Positions 36,931-49,980 of a stretch of 64,000 bases of DNA are shown here, in pieces (positions within the stretch are counted from its first letter, which is position 1; each line of letters opens with the position of its first letter). The translations under genes were made by a program, and so were the position numbers. The notes beneath the pieces were generated by a model. The model did not search any database. It had not been told where the DNA came from and was given only the letters and a program-made list of their open reading frames with translations. Source of the stretch: Octopus sinensis (taxonomy: Eukaryota). The stretch is from positions 15,066,001 to 15,130,000 of the forward strand of contig NC_043002.1 in the NCBI RefSeq assembly GCF_006345805.1, written 5' to 3'.

Positions 36931-37952
36931 ACTCATATTTAGAATAGGCACTGAAGGGTAAAAGTGAGCAGTTGGGAAGATGGTTAGGACATTAATCCGA
37001 ACTCTACCCTAAGGAAAACAACATCCGGGACAGTACTAGACATAGTGAAACACCTACATGCAACGGAGGATCTGGACGCATTGCCGATTGTTGAAAAACT
37101 GACCAGAGTCATTGATGGCTAGCTCGCTTGGAAGACACTATGATCAGGTGTATCCCTATAGATGAAATCAGATGTTCAAGGGGACTTTTCCTGAATTACT
37201 TCCTAAAAATACCATTTCAGTGCTGCGAGGAAGGAACAATTCTGCAAGACATGAAACACTGCAACATTGTCACTTCCTCAACAACGAAATGATTTGCTGC
37301 AGATTTTTTTCTTCTTTAAAGTTAATTGGAGCGTTTTCCAAAGCATATTTCGCAAGAAGTAACCCACAGACTAATGAGAGAATTATACTGAGTATATTTC
37401 TTTCTCATATTGAGTCTTCATGTACTTCACCATTAATATGTCCGAATTTCAGACGTCTGTTATCACCAGAAGCTGCCAATACCAAATAGTAGCTTAATGC
37501 AGAGTGCTATAGATTATTAAGTGATTGTAGATGAGCGGAAAGGTGCCCACACGAACCTGCAGTAATCTGCCTGACATAACCTGCCCAAGCATGAAAAATA
37601 AACTGTAATTTCGGATATTGCAAACATGAATAAACATCGTTGTAAAAAATAAAATTGAATGTTATACACTGACCTACATTGTTTGTAATTAATTAGGTTT
37701 CAGCTACATGCCCTACTTCATTATCGATCAATAAATCTAGTTTATTAAGCCACAAAAACAGGATATTGAAACGTAAATGATGATAAAACATGAATTGCAA
37801 TCTTAGGTTAATCATATAAATTACCAAACTTATTACACGGATGTGGAAATAGATGCAGTTCTGAAATAATATTCGCTATAATACATTCAATGTACACACA
37901 ATTCTCCGTCGTATATGACCCTTTTTAATCCGTGGTTTTATAGCTGTCTCAG

Positions 37953-38130
37953 GTTGCGAGCTGGCAGAACTGAAAGCATGCTGTCCAACATGATTAATTA
38001 CGTTCTGAGTTCGAATTTCCCCTTCTCTGTTTTAGTGTAGATAATGACGTGCCAGCCGAGTACTGATTCGACGTTATCGACAAAACCTCTGCCACGAAAT
38101 ATCGGGCTTTCTGGCTATAGTATAAAAAAA
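37953..38130 (+). mobile_element. SINE family D, diverged
   Basis: GCGAGCTGGCAGAAC head and ACGTTCTGAGTTCGAATTTCC box B. Confidence 0.5.
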
Positions 38131-38762
38131 ATAGTAGATAACTGTCTCTCTAAAATATATATTCCAAATAGTTTATATCATTTTTGCTCCAATGTGTGTT
38201 TCTAGAAATAAACCAACCGCTTAAACGTTTTACCGAAAAGCAAAATAGATTTCAATAATGTGTTAAATTTCATTTTCAAAAAATTTCTAGTTTGCTAAAG
38301 TTGTCAGCGAAAGCATTCCAAATATAAGTTTTAGGTATGATTGAGTCGAACTTCATAATATCAAATTTCATAAATTTGCGAACTTGTTTTTAGTTATTAG
38401 GACTTCTTCCTTCTATTTCAAACATACTATTGTTACAAAGTGGCTGAAAAAATCTTCCCTGTTTCGGTAATATTAGAATCGAGAATATGCTTCGTAAATG
38501 TGCCTAAATCAAGTTTGACAGCTTTATTTGTAAGTCTTAAAAGCACCTCCCAATAGACATGCATTGCAAATATGCATTCTGATAGATTACACCAAAATAT
38601 ATACTACTAGCCAATAAACATTTAGCAATCTGGGAATAAGTAAGAACTTCACTGGTTTGGGTGATCTTAGTACAACAAACATCCATGGATTTCAACATGC
38701 GAACATGGGGATGTTGCCGCATGAAGGAAAACGTTGCTAGCTCGATATATTCTCCTACTATA

Positions 38763-39358
38763 TGGCGGGGAGCTGGCAGAATCGTTACAACACCGAGTAA
38801 AATGCTCAGCGGTATTTCGTCTGCCGCTGTGAGTTCAAATTCCGCCGAGGTCGACTTTGCCTTTCATCCTTTCGGCGGCCGATAAATTTAGTACCAGTTA
38901 CGCACTGGGGTGGATGCAATCGTCTTAATAACTATGTCTGTCCTTGTTTGTCCCCTCTATGTTTAGCCCCTTGTGGGTAGTAAAGAAATAGGTATTTCAT
39001 CTGCTGTTGCGTTCTGAGTTCAAATTCCACCGAGGCCGACTTTGCCTTTCATCCTTTCGGGGTTGATTAAAAAAGTATCATTTACGCACTGGTGTCGATG
39101 TAATCGACTTAATCCCTTTGTTTGTCCTTGTTTGTCCACTCTATGTTTAGCCCCTCGTGGGTAGTAAAGAAATAGGCATTTTGTCTGCCGTTGCGTTCAG
39201 AGTTCAAATTCCGCCGAGGTCGACTTTGGCTTTCATCCTTTCTGGGTTGATTAAAGAAGTATTAGTTATGCACTGGTGTCGAAGTAATCGACTTAATTCC
39301 TTCGTCTGTCTTTGTTTGACCCCTCTATGTTTAGCTCCCTGGGGGCAATAAAGAAATA
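38763..39358 (+). mobile_element. Head-to-tail trimer of SINE family D
   Basis: One complete head, then units restarting at GGTATTT/GGCATTT at 38811, 38991 and 39175 (periods 180 and 184). Confidence 0.9.
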
Positions 39359-40408
39359 AATATTCAATTCTAAATACATGCATACATACATGCTTACATA
39401 CATACACATATACATACATACATACATGATAATACGAATGTCTGAAAAAATACACACGGTGTGAGTTAAAGGGATCCAAAAAGAAATGGATATTTTTCAC
39501 GAAATCAGGTGGAAATTTTAAACGGTTTACAAACTTATATGTAATAATATCGGAGAAAAGTTATTTTTCACATAAATTTATATTTCATATGGCATCACAT
39601 CGTTTTATGACATTTCATCCAAGAAACACGTGTTACATTCAACAATCGTCAATGTAATTTATTATGAGCCGGATTTCCATTTAATTTATGGTCATCTGAA
39701 TTAATTCAAAGAGCATCTCAAAATAAACATTTCTATGTCTTCCCTATCATGTACATCACTGTCCCATGCACAGCAAAAAACAGTCGGTTCCACGTGTATT
39801 ATTTCTAAATAAGTGTAGGCACACACACACAAAGACAAACACACAATCACACATACAGAATATACATTTCTACATCATATATATCTATATAGTAAATACC
39901 AAAAATGAACACAAAACAATGACAACAATGTGAGGACGTGGTATATGTAAAGTATTAGCAGACGCACCGCCCCCCCCCCGCCTCACTGATATGAGGCTTG
40001 CTAGATCAGCTGATTATCAAATAAAGCTCAATATCCTTCAAGCCATCGCTCATCGTCTCTTTTTAACCAAATCCAGTGGCTAGCCTTCTCCATATATCAC
40101 GCACACACACACACGCACATATATATATTACACGTATGTATGATTGAGAGGAAGAGAGAGAGATTGAGAGACAGATATGTAAAGAGAATAAATAAAAACT
40201 TATATAAATTCATAGACAGAGTATTACATGGTGAAAAACTTTTGCACGTATAATTTTGTTTTTGATCTGCAATTTTCTTTTTATACCGATAATCCATATA
40301 TTTTGCCGAATCCATTCTAGCATTCCTGACATTCCAATTGCTTATTACTTCACATTTTTTCTTCCATTGGTATTTTGGTATTTTTATGCTTGCAGTTTCT
40401 AAGATATA

Positions 40409-40475
<67 letters not shown>

Positions 40476-40792
40476 GTATATACACGTATACACATATAAT
40501 GTTTTCTGTGGAATAGGTATTCCAAGTTGGCATGATGGATAAAATGCATGTGCAAGAATTTTTGCAGTAAGATGTCAAAACTTATTTCTTAATCAGGCAG
40601 CATTGGGTAGTGGAATGCACCTAGATGCTATTAAGATAGCCTTGATTAAATTTCATGATATCTTTGTTACTAAGTGATTTTGACTGGCTATACTCCGACT
40701 AAAGCATGCCATATCGATTTTTTCACTTCCAATTTCTATTCTTCTATTTCACCATCCTTTTTTCGCCGGTCCTGATACTTTCTCCTTATGCA

Positions 40793-40828
<36 letters not shown>

Positions 40829-40922
40829 CTTACAAATGATCAAACACACACCACGCGCGACCACACACATACACGTATAATATATATATATATACAGAAA
40901 CACAATCAGAAACACGTATATA

Positions 40923-40994
<72 letters not shown>

Positions 40995-42145
40995 TATACA
41001 TATATATATGCGATTTAGTAAATGTGCGTTTATATATACATATATATGTAGGCATAAATCACTACAGGTCTATACACATTAATATATAGGTATGAATGCA
41101 CACACAGATTTTTACATAATCTTTCGTGTACACACCTATAATCTTGCACCGTTTTATATGCAAAAACAGATATATGCTTTTATATTCATAAATCTCTGTA
41201 AAGGAACTGCAAATCTCAGGATTTGAATGTTGTGAATTTGTAGTCGCACAGATATACTACTATTAGATTTCTGAAATTCCTAAACTGAATCCATAACACA
41301 GGATATGCTATTTTTTAACACGTTAACTATGGACAGGAAGCCCTAATGTATGTTCGTAACTAATAGGAAGGATCTATTGAATAAATCGATAAATCATATC
41401 CCTTGTTTCAGTGCAAGGTCAGTGATACCATTATTGTCTTGATTGCTCCCGGGAATTTTGTTTGAGGTGCCACCAAAGAAATCGATCGCGTTAGTCTACG
41501 TTTCGGCTCCATAGAGATCACTTCTCTCTGCAAATATTCTCATAAACGTATAGACACTTTACATTACCATTATGATAATGTATCGCAAGTGAAATCAATG
41601 GTAATACTAATATGACTAGCATCCACAAGCAATCTTAAATTCATGGGAATGGAGTAATGTGGTAAAATCATCCATGAGCCTATCTAGCAAATGTCCCCTT
41701 CGTATTACGAACGCTAATAAATCCACTGTCATTGTATAGACCTGAGCATAAATAAAAAAAATATTCTGTATGCAAATAAAACAAATATATACACAGATAA
41801 CCCTGTATAATTTTGTTACTTCAAATAAACTCGTAGTATGCGTGTTTGTAAAAAGTACTAGGATTTTCAGGCATGAAGGAAAATACCAATTATATATATT
41901 TTGATCATTGTATATGCATGTTTTACTTAGGAAAAGTCTGTAATTTTGATATGAGTGGCTTCTGATTGATGGGTGAAAATACAGTACGCAAATTACCAGA
42001 TGATTGCATAATTATAATTATACAACGTTTTGTCCTCCAAAATTCATTTTTATAATGATCGAATTTATCCCGTGACTTCCGGAGTAACAATTGGTTTTAG
42101 ATTGGAGATTTTCAGCTTCAATAAATAGCGCATGTATCTGAGTAT

Positions 42146-42181
<36 letters not shown>

Positions 42182-42218
42182 ATATATTATATATATATAT
42201 ATATTATATATATATATA

Positions 42219-42626
42219 CTCTCGCTTTTACTCTTTTACATGTTTCAGTCATTTGACTGCGGCCATGCTGGAGCACCGCCTTTAGTCGAGCAAATCGACC
42301 CCGGGACTTATTATTTGTAAGCACAGTACTTATTCGTTCGGTCTCTTTTGCCGAACCGCTAAGTGACGGGGACGTAAACACACAAGCATCGGGGTACAAA
42401 CACAGACACACAAACACATACACATACATATATATACATATATATACATATATATACATATATACGACAGGCTTCTTTCAGTTTAAGTCTAACAAATCCA
42501 CTCACAAGGCTTTTGTTGGCCCGAGGCTGTAGCAGAAGACACTTGCCCAAGATGCCACGCAGTGGGACTGAACCCGGAACAATGTGGTTGGTTAGCAAGC
42601 TACTTACCACACAGCCACTCCTGCGC
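42219..42626 (-). mobile_element. SINE family C, full length
   Basis: Close match to 14548-14945 in reverse orientation. Confidence 0.9.
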
Positions 42627-43080
42627 TTATATAACCAGGATTTAACCATGTATATATCTTTACAATTGACGTATTAAAACATTGTGTAGCCTAACTAACT
42701 TGTGTATGGCAAAAGTATCTGGACGGCCAGTAACATCGGAAGAGACGGTCGAGCGGGTTCTTCTGTACTGTGATATGTACAGTGTCATCTGTACTATGAT
42801 ATGCATATGAACATCACCTTACCACATATAATCCACGATAACATCACAACTTCTATAACAAAAGATTGGCACTCCTTCACATAAGAGTACATCCCGATAC
42901 CAATGCATGATGAAGGTGCGATAATATTTTCATTGCATTACTAAATAAACGTCCAACCGAGGTAAAAATGTTGCTCTTCACCTTCTCAGTACCAGGTTAG
43001 CAATGAGGATTCAATCGAATAGCACCACCTATTTACAAATGCTGGTATTGTGCCAAAAATTGATGCCATTAAAAGTAGTT

Positions 43081-43760
43081 AATATTTTTTTAAAGATAAC
43101 ATTGCCATCGAGGAAACTATATTTAACACTAGCAGAAATACCTTTCGTTGACTGGGTTCAGATAGATTCTTCAAAAATTATAACCTGATTTATGAAAGTT
43201 ACTGCTTCGATATTATTGAATATTTTTTTAAAGATAACATTGCCATCGAGAAAACTATATTTAATACTAGCAGAAATACCCCTCGTTGACTGGGTTCAGA
43301 TAGATACTTCAAAAATTATAACCTGATTTATGAAAGTTACTGCTTCGATATTATTGAATGTTTTGTAGCAGAATCCCCGCAAGCTCTTATTGCCAGGTTT
43401 CGACCCATTTTACTAATAGGTGTGCTGATAGTCAGTATTTTCATCTCCTTCTCGTTTCCTATGTTGATATTGATAGGTAATCCAAATCTAATTTTTTTCG
43501 GGTGCATTTTTGTTGGGTGAATTAATCTATAAGACAGGGGACTTAAGTCATCGACGTGAAAATCGGTAAAAGTTATGGTTGACAAGCTAATTTTACCACT
43601 ATCCAGGGGTGCCTCGGGAAAAATAATTTGACAAAAGCACAGCCATGGTGGTCACCAATGTCTTCCTAAAATTGGAGCGACATGCGTGCTAATTTTTGGA
43701 CGTGCATAAACTACACTCACGTACACACACACATCCTGCCTTTTATAGATATGGATAGAG
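43081..43760 (-). mobile_element. Short Helitron-like element with tandemly duplicated 3' terminus
   Basis: Minus strand starts ATCTCTATCCATATCTATAAAAGGCAG and ends in a hairpin remnant plus CTAG|T at about 43267, repeated at about 43128; duplication period about 139 bp. Confidence 0.6.
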
Positions 43761-46359
43761 ATTGATAATTTGTAAATCAGCATCGGTACGTGATGGTTAC
43801 ATAGTAACTCTCTTCTGCGGAATTAATGGAAGCAACGTGTAATAAGGAATATGTGGCATATCCCACACATTAGGAACAAATATAGGCGAGGAGATAAAGA
43901 ATTTAATGACATTGAATCATCACAATCCCTGGCGATTTCGCATGGTTACGTTACTTTCAATCTCGCATCTTGATAAAACTCTCAATGCACATTTCAACAA
44001 CCACCTTTCTCTTATAGGATTATAGATCAATACATCTTCGAGTTGATGCTGTCTAAGATATCTAAATTAAATATTCCTCTATATTTGGATGTGTGCTGCG
44101 GAGATTATACCGATAGCTTACATTTAGGATTATCTGATTAGTGAAAACACGACGTCAACATATTATAACAAGAAAAAACGCATTTTTGTTTTCTAAATAT
44201 ATTTTATTAGAAACTACCAGCTTCTGTTCTTTTGAATTATCGAAATCCATATCTTTCCCATTAAAGAATATTTCGTCTCTACTATTTATAGCATGTTGAA
44301 TATAAAATCAATAGTAAAAAAGAAAAAAAGATTACTACCAATAATCTCACAAGAATGCATCTCACAGTGTCTTTCTTCAGATGCAATGATCGGCCTACAA
44401 CTGTTCAATATGTATATCAACAGCATCGATTCAAAATCACCGATGGCTGTGAGGTTGAAAACGACTCGATTAATTATTGTTTTGGATTAATTAATATTCA
44501 AAATAATATGCGAACAAACCTAGAGATGCAGGGACGTTTGGAGCATTATTCATAATGATAGACCTGAAAGATTATATTTATTGTAATAGGAAACCTCTAA
44601 ATCTAAGTCCTGGCTCCAGTAGTCGTTCGGGAGAGAGAGATTCAATGCGTCTTGGATATCTTGGATTTGCTGGTGACTGCCACATACAGTTGCAGAATCT
44701 AGCGTGTGTTGAGAACATTTTACTATTTCCAACTGCAATGCAGGCTTAGAGAATTTTATATAACCTATTGTTAGTATTGTTGTGGTATGACGTAACAGAA
44801 AATTGCAAAAAAATCAGGAACATTTAGAGGTATAAACATTTGTGTATGACTTACATATTCTAATACCCACGTATGTATGCATTGCGTGTTTATAGGTTCC
44901 ACGTCATGTGGGAAGCAGTAACACAAATATCTAGAATTCTTATAACTAAGAATTTATATTTCAGGATCTTTATGATGGGGAGATTACCTTAATGCTATCT
45001 TGAATGTAAAAGGTTCTTGATGGATTTTGTTATAAATGCTAATGGATTTGTCACCATTCTATGAACGGTGTTGTGTAAAATCCACGACAAATTTTTTTGA
45101 ACATGTCGAATATATATCTGTTATTCAGGGCCTTTCGCTTTGTGCTGTGAGTATTGATATACACTTCGGAAGGTGTTTTCACTATAAATATAATGAAAGC
45201 ATTTTTTTCTGATTTTACTGCTGTTATCAGCGTTATGTCGTTGCATGACATTTGGCCTTTGCCTGTACCGTGAGGGTTGCGGGGTTAGGCTGTGTTTCTC
45301 TAGATATCGTTCCGCTTTCCACCTATCGAACATAAGCTGTTTCTGGTCGTGGTTTACCAAACAGTTTTATTGGTGATGTCGGAAATATGATCTGCTGCAA
45401 TTACATATGAAGCACAATGCTTTTAGTAATCAGTTATAGTAGGTGAGAATATACAAGGTTTAGCCTGCAAAATCGCCGTATCTAAATCAATAACGTTACT
45501 GCGATCTTCAATTAGTAATCATCACTTTAAAAGTATTGTAAGTTTCAATTACACTGTCGCCTGCCTGGTTTTCTCAACTTCATGTCGTCCCTGTAAAATG
45601 AAATGATATTCGTTTTCAGACATTGGTATTTCAGATTAAGTGTGGTAGAATTATGAAACAATGTATGTATGATAAAGCTTTTTACAGGATTACAGGTTTT
45701 GTATAATAAACAAATACGTCGCACCTTACATACCGTAACTATACATACATTTGACACTCCAGATGTGTGTACGACTAAGATTATGTATGTATGTATGTAT
45801 GTATGTATGTATGTATGTATGTATGTATGTATGTATGTATGTATGTATGCATGTATGTATGTATGCATGTATATATATATATATATATTATAATTAGGGC
45901 TCAGCAAAGATTTGCTTTACCACATACCGAAGTTTAGAAATAGCAGCCAGAGAACATTAGCTATTTCCTCTACTTTAAAATGAGATATTCCCGGACAAAA
46001 AAACAAAAGACAAAAACAAAATTCCGAGAAATGGTCCCTTTTCATGCCGAATTCTACTTGGTGAATTTATTGATTAATTAATTTTACCCTTTGTTATAAT
46101 TGATATATATATATATATATATATATATACTCCGAAAGGTGAGGTAGCCTAGAACCCGGAATCAGCCGAACGAGCTGGCCTCACACATGATGGCTACGGA
46201 AATAGACGAACCTGTCCGGTGAGTCACAAAAATTTTCAGGAATATCTCAGTACATGTTGTACTCTTTATAACTGTATTGAAACATTTTAGCAATTCTTTC
46301 TAGCAATCTTGGTGTTCTTCCTACCTTCAGTCAAGTTTGTTGACGACTATATATACATA

Positions 46360-46635
46360 TTGTTTCATTTGTTTCAGTCATTTGATTTTGGCAATGCTGC
46401 GGGACATTATTTAAATGCCTGGTACTTATTCTATCGGTCTATTTGTGGAACCGCTCAGTTGCGGGGACGTAAATACCAGTCCAGGTTGTCAAGCGATGCT
46501 TACCAAATTCACTCATAAGTCTTTGGTGTGCCCAATGCTATAGTAGCAGGCACTTGCCCAAGGTGCCATGCAGTGAGATTGCACCTGGAACTATATGGTT
46601 AGGAAGCAAGCTTCTTACTACACCGTCACGCCCAC
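46360..46635 (-). mobile_element. SINE family C, diverged, internal microsatellite missing
   Basis: TTGTTTCAGTCATTTGA tail and CACTTGCCCAAGGTGCCATGCAGTG head. Confidence 0.7.
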
Positions 46636-47661
46636 ACACACATACACACACGTACACACACACACTACGTCAAATACAAACATATATCATATAACATAAG
46701 CTAATATTCTTATTCCTTATTCCCATTTCTTCATACGCTTCATGTATTCGTAAAACATAAAACGGCTTTCACTTCAGTAAACAACGTTCGTCAGTGTTGA
46801 ACAATATTTACGTTCTTACATATACGGAGAAATTATGACGGATCGTACTCCGATGGGCATTCGGTTGTTACTGTTGTCCGTTCATCCCTTTTGCAGCTGC
46901 TGCTAACTAACACTTGCTTCATTCTCTTTTGCTGAATACTCAATCGACTTTGAATGTCAGTATTCCAGGCAATTTTTCATTGATCATGATAAAATAATTA
47001 CCAATTAAGCATTGGATTCTATACGATAAAGGAAGCTTTTCCCCTTTAAAGTTACTGGCCTGCTGCAAACTTTGGAATGCGCAAAGCTGCCGATTAGAGA
47101 TTTTCTTTTAAAAAATTGATATTTCATATTCACACTTTATGCTGATGGGTAATGTAGTTGGTGAGGTATTTATAAAAAGAGTCATTATTACTAAGGAAAC
47201 AACATAGCTGGTTGTCTTCAAGCAGCGGTCTTTGTTGTGGCTTCACAATGCTGTTTAGTAATTATAACATCCTTCCTCGATCTTTGTATTAATTGCGCCA
47301 TCTTTCACACTTCCATTCACCTTCACCATTTAATGATATTTTTTTGTAATCCATGTTTCTTTAAATGACATTAAGAATTTAAGAAAAAAACAAAATGATT
47401 TAACGATCATGAAATCCTGCCTTTTGATCGTAATCAAAGGGAAGGTCCAAGCGAATATTGCATGTTAGTTTCCGTGTAACTTAATCAACAAAGGAAGTAA
47501 ATGGATTATTTACGGCGAGAAAACAAGAGTAACGTATGAAAGAATATGCTAACCGATACTTCAGAATTGTTCAGTCACTTAGCAAGAAAAGTTACATCAC
47601 TGAAGAAAAAGAAAAAGATGAAGACGATGATAGTGTTAATGAGGTTAGTTGTGGTGGTGGC

Positions 47662-47796
47662 AATATTATTATTATTGTTATTATTATTATTATTGTTGTT
47701 ATTATTATTATCATTATTATTACTATTATTATTATTATTATTATCATCATCATTATTATTATTATCATTATTATTATTATCATCATCATCATCATT
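47662..47796. repeat. (ATT)n/(CAT)n microsatellite
   Basis: Direct reading. Confidence 0.9.
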
Positions 47797-48313
47797 AGTT
47801 GATGAAGTAAGCTCTTGTTCGTTCAGTGATGTAAATGGTTGCTGGAGATCAAGCTATTGTTACGCCGTTAGATGATTCTCGTTAATGTCTGTTTCAGGCC
47901 ATAAACGAGCAATGAACACCGGGTGACACATACATTACAATGGACATTGAAATATAATGTAAAATAATATACACGAAATATATTCAACAATGTAAAGAAG
48001 CGAAGCAGAATATTACTAGTAGGAACTCGTTGAAAAATAGTGTAACACCGTAAGCACGTGACTCTTACTTATTGTTCCCAACGTCGTATTATTCGACATA
48101 TTCTGAACAAGAAGTAAATGGAAAACATGTTTAATTAATCAGGTTTGCAATTGATACGGTTGCTGTGGCGTATGGTGGGTGATTTAGTTAATCAATTTCG
48201 ATGGCTTAAACATATTTTCAATGCATTCTTCCTATTTGGAAATCTCACAAAATATGGTTCATAAATTCAGCCAACGCATTAAGGTGAATACACTTCGAAT
48301 ACTGAATTAGACA

Positions 48314-49609
48314 TACGAGGTGCGATGAACGACTCTCCTGACTAGTTATGTTTAATAAAAAAAAATAACATAGTTACCTACGTTTTAACATAATCTCCTT
48401 TGAAAAACTAACCTTGCGCACCAATACACCGGTTCCAGCGTTCCTTCAACTTTTGGAAACCACTTGGAAGTCGTTTTCCATATACGAGTCTAGGGGCCTT
48501 CAATGATCTGTTCTGGATTACACCAACGGTGTTAAATCGGCAATGTTTGAACTTGTATTATTATCTTTGAGACGAGAGTGATGCCCGCAATAACCAATTC
48601 TGGCGAATAGTGTGGTTACAGAAGCCATACCATATTTTTGGCGAGAGACTCACGAGTAACAAGAGCTCGTTGACAGGGTGCATTGCCGGTGTGGGGAATC
48701 CAATACTTCGTGCTCCACAGATCCGGGCGCTTTCACTGAATTTCCGCCATCAAGCGCTTTAAAACGCCGCTAGAAGTCTTGACTGGGGTTTTCGCTACGG
48801 GGAAGGAATTCTGGAAGCACAATACCGTGGATGTCAAGGAAAATGATGAGCATGCTCTTGATTGAGCTGCAGCTGTATCGGAACTTCTTCGATCGTAGAG
48901 ATGAAAGTTTTATTCCAGTGTGACGACTGCTGATTCACCTGACAATCGTACCTGTAGACCCATCTCTCGTCATCGGAGATGATCCTCGACATGAATGATT
49001 GATCATCAGCGGCACGACGATTGATATCTTGACAAACTTCCATGCGATGTTCATTTTACTCGGTGGTCAGCAGGCGTGGAACAAACTCGTCACAGGAACG
49101 TCACATGTTCGATTCAGACGTTAGGATTTCCTGCATAGATCCATACGATGGACTAAGAATATCAGCAATGTCGTTGATTTTCCTCCAACGATCCGCATGT
49201 TCAAGTGATGAATTTTCCGCATTTCGTGGCAGATCTTTCAAATCGCTCACCCTATTCCAGGGATTTGTTTTCGCTTTTGAAGCATCTTTACCACTGGAAA
49301 AATTTCGTACAACCCATTGCCTTTTTGCCTTAAGCTTGCCGAAGCATGCTCAATGTCTCTGTTGCAGACTTCCGCAGTCTCACGCAAAATTTCCCGTTGG
49401 CTCATTGTTACAACATACTGTGCATGACAAAATCGTAGACTACAGCATACACGTGATCACAAAAAACATATTTGATAACTTGCGAAGTAAACGCACCATA
49501 TGTTATTCGGCACACTGCTTCGTGAAGGTCACTACTAGTTCTTACTGCGTGCTGCCATCTGTTGGCGCACTACAGAACTAGTCCGGGAAAGTTTAGGTGA
49601 CTGCTCGTA
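48314..49609 (-). mobile_element. Full-length decayed mariner transposon
   Basis: TACGAG...CTCGTA termini with shared CC.GACTAGTT, 1296 bp including both TA dinucleotides; minus frame SRIISDDERWVYRYDCQVNQQSSHW resembles the RIITGDETWVY first-aspartate motif. Confidence 0.85.
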
Positions 49610-49933
49610 GTTACCAATATCAGAGTATTGTACCGTGAAGTTCTGTACTTATACTTAAAGATGTATCTGTTCACATATTATTGACAGAACAGAATGGTTT
49701 TAGAAATATGTAATATAGAAGAGTCACTTTATTTTATAAAAAGGTTATATAGCAGCTCCAAATAAAAGAATACTCATAAAATAAACTCACTGTCACAGTG
49801 ATAATAAAGTCACGCATAAGAAAAAACTGAAACGGTGGACTAAATCAAACCCAGTGCTTAAAACATAACATTTGTGTATATATATGTATGTGTATATACT
49901 TCTGTGAACGTGTGTGTGCGCGTGTGTGTGTGT

Positions 49934-49980
<47 letters not shown>

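Noticed and set aside
38763-39358. CRISPR-like or retrozyme interpretation of the tandem array
   Set aside because: The units are whole SINE bodies with no unique spacers, and no hammerhead core is present.
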